The notes below the pieces were generated by a model. It made no database searches. It saw only the letters and a list, made by a program, of their open reading frames with translations, and had not been told where the DNA came from. From the NCBI GenBank assembly GCA_965222225.1, contig CBDCTK010000002.1, forward strand, positions 5,216,001 through 5,280,000: a stretch of 64,000 nt of DNA, written 5' to 3'. The stretch comes from Candidatus Poribacteria bacterium. GTDB lineage: Bacteria > Poribacteria > WGA-4E > JAJDTR01. Both the position numbers and the translations under genes were made by a program. Position 1 is the first letter of the stretch. Every line of letters begins with the position of its first letter. Shown piece by piece: positions 37,974 through 49,265 of this stretch.

Positions 37974-38352
37974 TGTAAAATCCTTTCCTTTCGTCCAGAT
38001 TCACGCGATGTTTGCCGGCACGATGGTGAGATGATTTTCCTAGCAACAATGCCGACTCTCGTAACATTATTGCAATCGGGCGCCGAGAAACTCGCTGTAC
38101 TGAGATTCATGCGTTAAGATTTGGGGGTATGTGGTTCAGTATATAGTAGCGTTATTCACTGCGCCGTCTTCTGTAGGAGCGAGCTTTGCTCGCGACCGAA
38201 GGATCGCTCTTACAGCAGGTTTATAGTAGTGATTGTTCGATTGTCCGATCGAAGAGAGGAATTCTACAAGTGTATAGCGTGCGACGCAAAAACATGAAAG
38301 AACCTTCTCAATTTACCAAAAATGGTTTTGCCGCGCATTATTTATACAGAGC

Positions 38353-38670
38353 CTAAAAGGCGGCAGCAGCACTACTCTCTGTCGAAAAGATCTCGACAAT
38401 ACTTGATGCACCTACCAAGTTAAATGCTCGTAGTATGTTGTCTCGGAGGCCATACACCTTTAGGTCGCCGCCCTTCCGGCGAAGGCGCATTGCCACACCT
38501 ACGAGGGCCCCTATCGCCGTGCTGCTGATATGTTTTACCTCGCTGAGATTCATGACGATTTTCAAGGTGTTTTGAGACTCTAGGGTTTGCTTGAGTTCTC
38601 CTACCACATGATTCCGAAGGTCTTCATTGACATCAATAACGGTGATTTCGGCGCTTTCGCGGATGATCAT
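38353..38670 (-). CDS. STAS-domain anti-sigma factor antagonist
   Basis: IVMNLSEVKHISSTAIGALV...GGDLKVYGL; likely ATG at 38670. Confidence 0.85.
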   Translation of the reverse strand: MIIRESAEITVIDVNEDLRNHVVGELKQTLESQNTLKIVMNLSEVKHISSTAIGALVGVAMRLRRKGGDLKVYGLRDNILRAFNLVGASSIVEIFSTESSAAAAF

Positions 38671-39029
38671 CGATTCTTTTAACACGGTATTTTTCCCTTC
38701 AAGTATGATTTCAAAAACTTGGACAGTCAAGCAAATGAGTGTCTTTGTTGTTGGTAACTCTTGGCATTACGTCACATAATGCCTCGGTAGCCCTCCAAGC
38801 AAAGGAGAAAACGTGGGAAAAGACAGATAATAAAATGAAGTATAACACCGGTGGTGACAATTTATATCGCTAGTAGGTGACAGTCCCGTTATCTAGGTAA
38901 TGTTAGGCACCTGTACAAACTGCGTAGATGGCAAATTGATTAACGACGAACTTACACGAACCTAGAATAAACGATAGTTATCCCTATGTTTTGGACAAGA
39001 ACGGACATCAAGATCCCAACGTTGACGAT

Positions 39030-39989
39030 TTAGTATCCCAATTTCAAATCTACCAAATTCGTGAGCGGCTCTCCAGCGAGGTAACGACGCAAATTCTCGT
39101 GGAAAATTGCCGTAGCGCTGGCGGAGGTAAAGACAGACCGCCCGGAACAGTGCGGCGTTATTAGTAAGTTCGGCGTATCCCAGAGTGGGGTATCTTCCGG
39201 TAACGGTTCTGTAGCGGTCACATCCAATCCGGCACCGGCGAGTCGTCCTTCGCGCAACATCCGTACCAACGCATCTTCATCTACGATCCCACCCCGCGAA
39301 ACCACTAGCAGGTAGCTTGACGGCTTCATGAGCCCAAGTTGCTGTTCGCCGAGCAAGCCTGCTGTTTTCGGCGTATGGGGTGTTGTTACTGCTACCACAT
39401 CGGATCGCCGCAACAGGTCATCCAGTCCATCCGATAGCCTCAGTTCGGTCACAAAATCGGGTTTCAGCACTTCGTGGGCGTCAATGGCAATGACGTTCAT
39501 ATCAAATGCGTGACCCCTTTTGGCAATCGCACGGCCGATGTTTCCCAGACCGATCATTCCGAGGGTCAGGCCGGTTAATCCCACCATAGGGTTGTCAAAT
39601 TGAATCCCCCAGTCGTGATTCTGTTGAGCCTGAAAAGTCTGTCGCAAATTCCGGGCAAGGCTAATCAGCAACCCGAAGGTGTGCTCGGCGATTGTGGCGG
39701 CATGAGCCCCGCGGGTATTCGTGACAATCACATCACTTTCGGCGAGTTCGGCAATTCGTGCCAGTTTTTCCACCCCGGCGCCCGAATTTTGAATCCACTT
39801 CAGCTGTTTCGCCGCTAGAAACGCTTCCCGAGAGATACCCCCGAAAACAACCTCGGCATCGGAAATCTCGCGCAGAATCTCATTCTGGTCACTGGCGGCA
39901 GTAAATTCTACCTGAGGGAAAGTCTTCTTAGCTTCGGCAAACCGATTTTGGTACCATGACCCGATAATAAGTAGCTTCATATGACTCAA
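39030..39989 (-). CDS. D-2-hydroxyacid dehydrogenase
   Basis: GLGNIG, VSRGGIVDEDAL, GAGLDVTATEPLP, LITPHCSG. Confidence 0.92.
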   Translation of the reverse strand: MSHMKLLIIGSWYQNRFAEAKKTFPQVEFTAASDQNEILREISDAEVVFGGISREAFLAAKQLKWIQNSGAGVEKLARIAELAESDVIVTNTRGAHAATIAEHTFGLLISLARNLRQTFQAQQNHDWGIQFDNPMVGLTGLTLGMIGLGNIGRAIAKRGHAFDMNVIAIDAHEVLKPDFVTELRLSDGLDDLLRRSDVVAVTTPHTPKTAGLLGEQQLGLMKPSSYLLVVSRGGIVDEDALVRMLREGRLAGAGLDVTATEPLPEDTPLWDTPNLLITPHCSGRSVFTSASATAIFHENLRRYLAGEPLTNLVDLKLGY

Positions 39990-40171
39990 GCAGCCGGGAC
40001 CTCAAGATTCAGACTTGGGCACACAGCCGCGTCTCTCCCTTTTCGATTATAGCTCGTTCAGTCAGACGCAAAACTCCGACGTTTGGCATATCCGCTTTTA
40101 ATTAAAATTAATTTATTAGACGATATCCGGACAACTTGGTTGGGGGCATTCATTGACGCAAACAAGCCCAA

Positions 40172-40799
40172 TCAGTCAACCCGAAAGATGAGCAATGTTG
40201 AGTGATTGTAACCTGGACCAGCCAACTCTCTCCCAGCGTTACATCGCACCAACTCGTCTTCGAGCCAGAATAGTTCGGCAAGTGCCCCCCGCTTCCCACA
40301 ACGTCGGTCGAATGCCACCCTCCCGACTAACATTGGATAATTCAATAGCAATTCTGCTTTGAGGCCTCATGCAACCACGAATTTCTTCAAGGATCTTGAC
40401 AAGATCAATCACGTACTCCTGCACGGGTTGCTCGGTCTTTCCATCGCGAAGACTCAAATAGGGCGGACTCGTGAAGACAAGATTGAAAGGTGGCAAGTCG
40501 TGTTCTAAAATACCACGACTGTCTTCAGTAAGAACACGACTTGGAGGTACCCCCCGCTTGGCGGCAAAAACACTCCGTTGCGAGTCTTTCTCGAATCCAA
40601 TCGCTTGGCGTCCAAGGTATTGGGCAGCCACCAAAGTAGTGCCAAATCCACAGAACGGGTCAAGAACCCAGTCACCGGGATTGGAGAATCGGTTCACGAC
40701 AAACTCTGCCAGTTCTAGTGGAAACCGGAAAGAACTCGGACCGGAGAAGTCAATCGGCTCTAATGTGCCGTCTATGGTAAACCACGTTTTATCCCGCAC
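40172..40799 (-). pseudogene. Small N4/N6 DNA-methyltransferase-like protein, frameshifted in a G6 run
   Basis: [12 protein letters not shown] (motif I), FTSPPY (motif IV); removing one G from the G6 run (40285-40290) gives [13 protein letters not shown]...GYNHSTLLIFRVD* ending at 40172. Confidence 0.7.
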
Positions 40800-40892
40800 G
40801 ATTCGAGCGGCTTTATCTACTCGATTTTCTCAAGTCTTTCCCGCTCGTACTGTGTTTCATGCTCTGACGTAAATCCGGTGATGTGCCGGTTA

Positions 40893-41699
40893 TCAAGAAT
40901 TGATAAGGGTCCGCAAGTAATCGCCCGCTTTTCGCATAGATTCAATCGGATCCGATTCCCCTTCGTAGACGATGGAGAGGGGGCCATTGTAACCCACCCC
41001 GCGCAGAATGTCAAGAACCCGCGGATAATCAAGCCACTCCTCAATACCGCTGTCTATGTGATAAAACTTCGTGCGAACATACACGGCGTAAGGCGCCGTT
41101 TTCGCAATACTGGCATAGCAATCGTAGTCGGGATGAGATGAACCTCTATGACCGCTGGCACCGGGCGACCCGGCATATTGTCCCGTATCCAAGATATGGG
41201 TAAAATAGGGGCGATCCGTTTCCAGAAGTGCACGGAGCAAATCATCGCCGGTACGGGTGACATTGTTGTGGTTGTGGTTCTGTAAACCGACTAGAATGCC
41301 CTTTTCATAGCCATAGTCGGCGACTTCCTGGAATCCGGCAATCATCGGCGCCCAAAGCGCTTCTTCGTCTTCGCAATCTTCGGGAATATATGCCCCGAAG
41401 ACACGCACGAGCGGGCAACTCATGAAATCCGCGACATCGATCCACTTTTTAATCAACGCAATCTGCTCTGGATGTTCATCAACGGGACGACCGAAATCGT
41501 TGCTAATCCCGATATAGCCGAGAGGCAACCCCCGTTCAATCAGCGTCATCTTCAGTTCGCGAAGATACCCGATATCTGTGGATTCAAAAGCGCTTGTATG
41601 CAATTCAATGACATCGAAACCGAGATCGTACACAATCCGTGCAAATTCAGCAGCGACGACATTCCTGAGATTTAAAGACATCGTACCTAATTTTATCAT
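40893..41699 (-). CDS. Sugar phosphate isomerase/epimerase (AP endonuclease 2 TIM-barrel family)
   Basis: LGFDVIEL, WIDVADFMSCPLVRVFG, GLQNHNH, LDTGQY, GYNGPLSIVYEG; ATG 41699 after GAGGAG. Confidence 0.85.
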   Translation of the reverse strand: MIKLGTMSLNLRNVVAAEFARIVYDLGFDVIELHTSAFESTDIGYLRELKMTLIERGLPLGYIGISNDFGRPVDEHPEQIALIKKWIDVADFMSCPLVRVFGAYIPEDCEDEEALWAPMIAGFQEVADYGYEKGILVGLQNHNHNNVTRTGDDLLRALLETDRPYFTHILDTGQYAGSPGASGHRGSSHPDYDCYASIAKTAPYAVYVRTKFYHIDSGIEEWLDYPRVLDILRGVGYNGPLSIVYEGESDPIESMRKAGDYLRTLINS

Positions 41700-41848
41700 A
41701 ATAACAAATCTCCTCAATTCGTCATCAGAAATCGCGTTCGAACAGTATATCGCATCTACATCAGTCAATCAATCGATTTTCCGATGCCTAGACTCGATTT
41801 TTTCGTCATATAGCCTTGAGAACGCGAAGCCAACAAGGAGCTTCACTA

Positions 41849-42276
41849 GTGGATGACTCATTCATTAAAGCGTACGGGTTGCATGTTGACGATATCTATC
41901 GGTTTATTCATCGGCTTCTAGGGAACCCAACAGATGCCGAAGACATGACCGCCGAGACGTTTCTCCGAGCGTATCAAGGCTGGTCCGAATTACTTGACCC
42001 GGCAGCCGTACGTTCATGGCTGTTTCGCATCGCGTACAACGGGTGTATCGACCTAGTGCGCCAGCGCCAACAACATCCGGTGATTTCATTCGATAGAACG
42101 ACCTCGGAGGAAATGGCGCAGATTTAGCGGCGGCATTCGATGCCAAGTTCATTGAAGAAGCGCTTTTGCAGACCGATGCAGCCGAAGTTAAATTCTGGAT
42201 GCGCCCGGAACCGACTGATTCGATGCGCCTTGAATTAGCACAAAACTTTCTCTATGTCGTCATGCCCATGAAATGA
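41849..42276 (+). pseudogene. ECF sigma factor region-2 fragment joined out of frame to a beta-clamp (DnaN)-like C-terminal fragment
   Basis: DAEDMTAETFLRAY...SWLFRIAYNGCIDLVR, then in another frame GADLAAAFDAKFIEEAL...EVKF...NFLYVVMPMK*. Confidence 0.7.
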
Positions 42277-42722
42277 TGCAAGCCGAACTATTTACCGACA
42301 CACTCATACAGTTGATGCGCGACGCTTTCCCTCGCGAAACACTCGCGCCCGAATCCGCGCTCGCATCACCTCTAATTTAAACGTACACGGGATGGAACTC
42401 TGGACGAACCCGGCGATTCCGTTCGACGGATCGTCCGTTGAGTACACTCCGGTTGTGGCGGACCAACTCTACTATTCCGGAGTTTGATGTGCCGCCACCT
42501 GCCGCCGAATCAACCACATTTTCGTTGATTTCTGGTTCACGTAACTGATGCATCCACCGATGCGCAAGCGACAACGACGCCATCGGATAAACGCTGATAT
42601 TTCAATATAGAAAAAGCCCTGTTGGATTTATCCGGCAAGGCTTTTTTGGCCAATCTGATTCAAATTCTCGCGGTGGCACGCCCAAATCCTGGCGAGAGCA
42701 CTTCTGTCTGACCAGTTCCCGG

Positions 42723-45700
42723 TTATTTCGACACAAACGCCAACGGCGATGCCTCCAGCCGATTGACGAGAACCACCACATGACCATTCAACGGCTGTGC
42801 CCTAACAAGAGATGGCATCTCCTCACGGAAGGTTTGCCACAACTGACCGCCGCGGCGCTTTGCAAGCAGACTGGTCAGAAGAACGCCGTCATCACCGCCA
42901 ATCCGATGCGCCGAGATTGCCTCAATTAAGGAAAGATCGGTCTCTACGGAGGGTGAGAGCCAACCTTGGGCGATGAGACGTGTGATCCAAAGCGAGGAGT
43001 TTTCATCCACCATCATCAGCGACTTGACCGCATCTTCAGCCTGATTCTCACGGGCGTCTCCATCTTCAAGCAGTAACACCGCGTATAAAGCGGCGAGATA
43101 GGCGGAGGCATTGTTATCCTCTGGCTTCAACACCTTCATCGCATTTACCGTTGAGACGGCTTTTTCGGCAAGAGTTGTGAGTTCTGCGTCGTTGGGAACA
43201 ACTCGCCCTGCCATGCCGATACACCAAGCGGCGCGCGTCACAAGCTGCGGATCCATCCCTTCGATCTGCGGGTTGTCCCAAGCCATTTGAAGCGTGGTGA
43301 GTGCTTCAAGTTCAACGCCGCCGCGAACCGCCTCTGCCAGTAACTGCCAAGGTGCATCACCTAAACTTCTTTCGACATTATCACGTGCTTGTTTTGCTGT
43401 CGCCTTTTCACGAGTGTCGGCACGCGCTTCCCAACGTTTCACCGCTAATTGTTGCAACGCTTTCAGTGATGCACGCGTCTCGCTTGACAGGTCACGCCCA
43501 GCGACTTTCACGATATCAAGTTGGCCATTGCGCAGTGCTTCGAGAAATGACTTCACCTTTGCGTGGGTATGCGGCTCTCCGTAGACGAGCAATCGCCCCA
43601 CGTCAATCAACACCGCAGAGCCGGGATTGAGTCCCGAATCCTCCTTCTGGTCAATGGCAATTCTGACTCCATTAAGGAAGTCTGTCAGCGCGTTTTCGAG
43701 ATCTGCCTCTGAAGTGAAATTGTTAATCTCCTCCTCTGCAGGTATCGCGAGGTCGACAACAGCGTATCCCCAGGCGGAGGGCGCCGGTATACGCCGCGTT
43801 ACGCCAACTCTGATTGTGTCTGCGTCTTTCATTTGCCACGTTAGATGGTACGGCGCAAGCAGCCAATCCAGCCCTTGAATCATCGTGGCATAGCGCAGGT
43901 CAAGATATGTCACCCAAAGTTCTGGCAGATTCAGCAACTCAATGACATCTGCGAGGCTACCATTCATGAGGTCAAGTTCACATCCGCCCGCTTCGACGAC
44001 GGTATGAATTGCATCGTCAAGCGGTTGATTGCGAAGAACGAGGTCAAGTTTTCGGTTCAAACGCGGGTGGGCTTGGGCGCGTCTTTTGCCAATCTCCTCT
44101 GTCACGGTTAAAATCGCCTCGATCAGAGTGTCATCATTGCTGCCGTGCATGTCAGCTTGTAGTGCCAACACATGCTGATACCGAAGTCGTGCCGATTCGA
44201 GTTTACCCTGTTTCCGCAACTCTTTTGCCTCCGCCAACGCTTTTTGTTCATCTACGTGCCTTTTCATCGACCACTGGGCGAACAGAGTACGTCCAATCTC
44301 TTGAATACGTTCACTACTGAAGCGTGGTTGGTCATGCGGGGCATCACTGAACAGCCCCTGAGTGATCTGAATATCTTCCCTCAGTTCGCTGGTCGCGCTA
44401 ACGGATAAGGATTTCCTATCAAGACTCGGTGGTGCTTCTGTTGTGGGTGTAAAGGAAAAGGAAGCAGAAGATGACCATAGCTGCCGTGCAGCCCTGGGCC
44501 TCGCCAATGTACGCTGACTGTATCGGGCGGAATAACTCAGCCGGAGTTCTCCGATTCCACGCGACGCCTGTGCTGAAGCAGATGCTGCTTGAAACGTAGC
44601 TGCCCTTGCTGCAGGAGCTTGCCCTAAAAGGCTATCATGCTCTTCGAGAACAACACCTCCGCCAAAGACGCCATCGAACTCAACCCTAGTCGGTAACGGT
44701 ACCGGCACAAGCACCCGACGAGGCGGTTTCGCCTGTTGACTCACGAGCTGCACTTCGCTCTCATCCACCGCGACGAAACTCGTGTATTGGCTCATCAGTC
44801 GATAGGTCAGCGCTACCTGCGTAATTTCCTCAATGACTTCGGGCGTATCGGCATAGAACATCTGCGCCGATATGTCCTCAATCTTCTTCCGTGCCCACGT
44901 CTTGGAGAGAACGCCGTGTTTTGGTTGTGTACGCGGAAGTGCTACGTCCAGTGAATATGAGAGCGGTTTCCCCTCTGCGACACCTGACAATTCAATCTGT
45001 GTTCTTCCGCCCTCCGCATAGCGTCCAAACAGGATGACCGGCCTGCCTGCCCACAGCTCGGGAATTCGGCGCGGAAAGATTTCATAGACGGACAGATCAT
45101 TCCAATCAATCTGGATGTTCGCGAGTTGTGCCCGATGAATCCGATCGACAATCTGCGAGACCAACTCCTTCGGATCGGTATTGAGTTCAATAACACCAGA
45201 CATTCCTCCGCCCTGTTTCGCCACGCCATCAATCAGGAAGCGGTTGGGCGACGAACCGATGCCGATTGCCCAAAAGCGAATCTGGTCTCCGGCGCGCCTG
45301 CCGACCTCAGCAATAATCTCCGCTTCGTTGCCGATGTAGCCGTCTGTGAGCATCACGACGATACGCACCCGTTCCGGGTCTACCGGCTCGTTGAGCACCA
45401 TCCTGATGCCCTTGAGCATCTCCGTTCCGCCGCCGGCTTGAATCTGTTGTGTGAAGTTCAGGGCGCGACTGACATTCTCCTTCGTCGCTGCAACCGGTCT
45501 TTCGAACAGTTTGTTTGCATAGCCGGCAAAGGTGATGACTTGCACAGTGTCGTTCGGCTTGCTGAGGCGGAAAAAGTGACGCATCGCCTCTTTTACCTTC
45601 TCTGTCGGATGACCGCCCATCGAACCGGAAACGTCAACGAGAAAAACGACCTCGCGTGGCGGGGCTTTGGCGAGTTCAGCGTCAAGTTTCGGCTGAATCA

Positions 45701-46673
45701 TAAGCATGAAATAGCCTTGGTCCCTCCCTTTGGAGTGCGCCAAAACCGCCATCTCCGGCTTTTCACCAACGACAGCGTATTTCATCACAAAATCCTTGTT
45801 TGGAATCGAATCGGCGGGCGAAATCTCCACCACGGCGCCCGATGCTCCGATGCGCTCAAGCGTTACTTTGTGATTGGGGCTCTTGATGTCCCCAACCGGC
45901 ACCCCCGCTTCGAGCGACACCGAAAGACTTATATCGTGTCCTGTGCGATAGCCCGGCATAAGTGCTGGCGGTGTAATCCGCGAGGCATCCGGTACACGCG
46001 TCGTGTCCGGCGACCAACCTGTGCCGGACGGATCGCCCCCTTCCGTTGCTCCCTCTAATTCGCCAACTTTTCCCTTCAATTCTTTCGGAAGTTCCGGTTT
46101 CTTGGAAATCGGTGCGCCAGGAATATAACGGGGACCCACAACCATCGGGAAGTGAAATTCATAAGTGCCCATGTCGTAGTTGAGAACATCAACGTAGGAG
46201 ATTTCGATGCGAATCTCCTTGCCCGGTTTGATATTGCCGACCGACTGGGTAAAGATATTCGGTCGCTCCTGCTCAAGGAGGCTTGCCGTCGCTCCCTGAT
46301 TGATCGCCCGCTCATACATGGCACGCGCCTCATCCCGACGCTTAATCAGACCGACAACCCGTCGCTCGCCGATGACCATTGTCATATCGTCCACGGCGGC
46401 GGTATGCGGCAGCGGGAAGACATAAACCGCCTCAATCTTTTCGTCATACGGATTCTCGAACGTTTGGGTCACCGTCACGCGAGCGATGAAGCCGGAGATA
46501 ATCGCTTTGACATCTGTGTGCTTCAGCGGACATTCGACAATCTCATCTTCGGTTTTGACGCGCAACGCACCTTGGGTGACCTCCTGTTCCATCGGGTCAA
46601 TAGGCTGTGGTGTTTGTGCGAAGGCAATGCCGCCGGAAAAAATCAATATCATCAGCGAATTCAGTCCTGTCAT
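42723..46673 (-). CDS. Secreted VIT + vWA (inter-alpha-trypsin-inhibitor-like) protein with long C-terminal extension
   Basis: VIT (PLKHTDVKA...QTFENPY...EAVYVFPLP), MIDAS DVSGSMG, GGGTEM, LTDGYIGNE, LMSQYTSFVAVD. Confidence 0.9.
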   Translation of the reverse strand: MTGLNSLMILIFSGGIAFAQTPQPIDPMEQEVTQGALRVKTEDEIVECPLKHTDVKAIISGFIARVTVTQTFENPYDEKIEAVYVFPLPHTAAVDDMTMVIGERRVVGLIKRRDEARAMYERAINQGATASLLEQERPNIFTQSVGNIKPGKEIRIEISYVDVLNYDMGTYEFHFPMVVGPRYIPGAPISKKPELPKELKGKVGELEGATEGGDPSGTGWSPDTTRVPDASRITPPALMPGYRTGHDISLSVSLEAGVPVGDIKSPNHKVTLERIGASGAVVEISPADSIPNKDFVMKYAVVGEKPEMAVLAHSKGRDQGYFMLMIQPKLDAELAKAPPREVVFLVDVSGSMGGHPTEKVKEAMRHFFRLSKPNDTVQVITFAGYANKLFERPVAATKENVSRALNFTQQIQAGGGTEMLKGIRMVLNEPVDPERVRIVVMLTDGYIGNEAEIIAEVGRRAGDQIRFWAIGIGSSPNRFLIDGVAKQGGGMSGVIELNTDPKELVSQIVDRIHRAQLANIQIDWNDLSVYEIFPRRIPELWAGRPVILFGRYAEGGRTQIELSGVAEGKPLSYSLDVALPRTQPKHGVLSKTWARKKIEDISAQMFYADTPEVIEEITQVALTYRLMSQYTSFVAVDESEVQLVSQQAKPPRRVLVPVPLPTRVEFDGVFGGGVVLEEHDSLLGQAPAARAATFQAASASAQASRGIGELRLSYSARYSQRTLARPRAARQLWSSSASFSFTPTTEAPPSLDRKSLSVSATSELREDIQITQGLFSDAPHDQPRFSSERIQEIGRTLFAQWSMKRHVDEQKALAEAKELRKQGKLESARLRYQHVLALQADMHGSNDDTLIEAILTVTEEIGKRRAQAHPRLNRKLDLVLRNQPLDDAIHTVVEAGGCELDLMNGSLADVIELLNLPELWVTYLDLRYATMIQGLDWLLAPYHLTWQMKDADTIRVGVTRRIPAPSAWGYAVVDLAIPAEEEINNFTSEADLENALTDFLNGVRIAIDQKEDSGLNPGSAVLIDVGRLLVYGEPHTHAKVKSFLEALRNGQLDIVKVAGRDLSSETRASLKALQQLAVKRWEARADTREKATAKQARDNVERSLGDAPWQLLAEAVRGGVELEALTTLQMAWDNPQIEGMDPQLVTRAAWCIGMAGRVVPNDAELTTLAEKAVSTVNAMKVLKPEDNNASAYLAALYAVLLLEDGDARENQAEDAVKSLMMVDENSSLWITRLIAQGWLSPSVETDLSLIEAISAHRIGGDDGVLLTSLLAKRRGGQLWQTFREEMPSLVRAQPLNGHVVVLVNRLEASPLAFVSK

Positions 46674-47122
46674 TTTACCTCATTGTGTGTTTAGCGAGTT
46701 GGAAATTTGTGCTAAGTTTAGGGCAATAATCCAACCAAGGATTTTCGCAAATGCGAATTCTTGGATTCAAGCATTCAGGTGAGACGGTGCTTCGAACACG
46801 CGCGTTCATCGGTGTGATTTGCTGATTCCGAGGGGTTGAACTCCGGTTATCCACATAGACGATTTGGAAGGTGGATAGTTTAAGCTGCATCAGGATGTTT
46901 CGACAGATCCAGGTTTATGGAAAATGTGCGACATTCCGAGGAAGGGATTGTCAGGTCCTAGAACACATCGGAACAACGCTGGGAATGCGTGCAGAAACCT
47001 GAGTGTTTGGTAAATTCTGTCGTTCGGTACGGTTTTGTCACTTGTGAAGTAAGTTCGGAATGTGTAAAATCTTGCACCAAGTCGGAACACAACGCACGCG
47101 ATATATAGCCGGAGAAACTGTA

Positions 47123-49260
47123 ATGCCTAGGTTGATTCAAGGATACGTCGCTATCGAAAATGGAGATCGCTTGGAAGGTGTGTCGGTATCCAACGGTAGG
47201 GAGATTGTCCAAACCGATGGCCGTGGTCTGTATCAACTGTCGTGTTGCTCTGAGACTCGTTTCGTTTGTATTACCGTACCCGCGGGGTACGCGGCTGCGG
47301 ATGGGTTCTACATTGACCTGCAAACAACGTCGAACTTCGATTTCGCTCTACGGCATCACCCCGAAAGTAAGAGTACATCGTTCTCGTTTGTGCAAATTAC
47401 CGATCTCCACACCACGGTCGATGATGGTGTGTTTCTGGAACAAGATCTTGCGCAGATACATCGGGAGGTAGGTCACAAGGCTCAGTTCATTGTGGCAAGT
47501 GGCGATTTGACAGATGGCGGGCAACGGGAGGAATACAAAACCTATCTCGGCGCTATAGCAAAATCCGAGCTTCCCGTCTATCACGCTGTTGGCAATCACG
47601 ATGATCGTGCCGAAAAATGGGGAACAAATTTCATGGATGTGCTGGGACCAATGTACTACAGTTTCGACTACGGTCCTCTGCATTTCGTCGTTTACGATGG
47701 AAGGAGAAGACGACGTACTGACAGCACAGACCAGGAATGCTGGATGCGTGCAGATCTCGAATTGCAGCCTCCAAACAAGCCGGTGGCAATCATCAACCAC
47801 TACCCTTGGGGTAGCGAGTTCTACGATCAGTGGAAAGCCTACCCAATCATAGCGACCTTGTCCGGACACTGGCACTCCACTCGGCTGTTCGTGGATGGGC
47901 AGACCGTGCACTATAATACGCCTAGCCTCGGATTTGGCGGCAGCGATCAGAGCCCGCGAGCATATCGTCTATTCACCTATGAGCGTGGAAAACTGAATGC
48001 GGTAAGCCGGGCGCTGGTGTCGTCGGAGACTTTTTCCGGCATTAGTTTTCGGCCGTCCGCGGACAACGTCGCAGGTGTCCTGCATCGATTTGAGGAAACA
48101 CATCCCGAGCCTGGAGCAGATTGGTACCTATTTCACGGAAACGCACGTCGGACGGGGAGCGCCCTAATCGGACCGCACCCACCGTTGTCTTTGGCTTGGC
48201 GAGCGGGCACCGGTGGGTCAATACACATTGCCGCGCCACTGGTGGTTGAAGGATTGGTCTTCCAGTCCACGAAGAACGAGGATACACTTTCCGGCAATGG
48301 GCTTTCGGCGTTTGATGCGCGTAACGGCGCTCTGCAGTGGCGCCATACCACCAACTCCGCCATAAAGCGTGCGCCCGCCTACTGCGATGGTCGTCTATTT
48401 CTAGTGACCACAACCGGCTTGGTGCAGGCGCTTACCGCAGAAAGGGGCGAACGGCTATGGAGTTACGAGTTGGGAGACGCGTCTCGGCTCTGGGTGTATA
48501 CCGCGCCGCTAGTAGTACGCGATCGAGTGTACATCGGTGCGAATTCACGCGTCGTGGCATTAGATCAGGAAACCGGCGATGTCGTTTGGCGTCGAGATGA
48601 CCTAGTGCCGGACGATTTTCCTCCCTGTACCAACTCACCGTCTGCCTGCGGCGGATACATTGTGGTGGGGTTTTATGGACAACCGACGAATCTGATGGTA
48701 TTGGACGCCACAATCGGCAAGACGGTATGGACCAAAGCCGAGGAAATCCGTACGATATTTATTCTACGCCGGTCATTGATGAGGATGGTACGATTTACAC
48801 GGTCAGCGCTGGCGCGGTTCGAGCCTACGACTTGGAAACAGGGGCATTGAAGTGGGAGGCGCCGTTTACGCTTAATCGTGTCCGTGCAACACCTGCACTG
48901 GCTGAGGGTCGACTTTTTGTTTGTACGGGTAGCGGGACGCTGCATGCCCTTGAGGCGGAGTGCGGCAGGGAACTCTGGAAGTGGAGTGCATGCGGGAACG
49001 CGCCGTTGTTTACCCCTTACGCGCGTGAAGGGGGCGTCACGCTTGCATCACCGGTCGTGGCTGGAAACTGTGTCTACGTTGCGGCGGCGAACGGTTATCT
49101 TTATGCCCTGGACACAGCCACGGGAACGTGTGTGTGGGGACACAATCTCCAAATCCCCTTGGCTGCGTCCCCAGCCATTTCCGGCAACGGCGTTTGGGTT
49201 GGGGGCTGCGACGGGTTTGTCTACGCTTTTGCCTCGTCGGAACACATAATACTCTTGTAG
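47123..49260 (+). pseudogene. Calcineurin-like metallophosphoesterase fused to a PQQ/BamB-like beta-propeller, 1-bp frameshift
   Basis: GVSVSNGREIVQTD, QITDLH, SGDLT, GNHD, LSGHWH; PQQ-like repeats continue in ORF 48727-49260 after a shift at ~48742. Confidence 0.8.
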
Positions 49261-49265
49261 GGTGC

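Noticed and set aside
42273-42600. Possible further gene remnant after the clamp-like fragment
   Set aside because: Short frames broken by stops with no motif I can assign.
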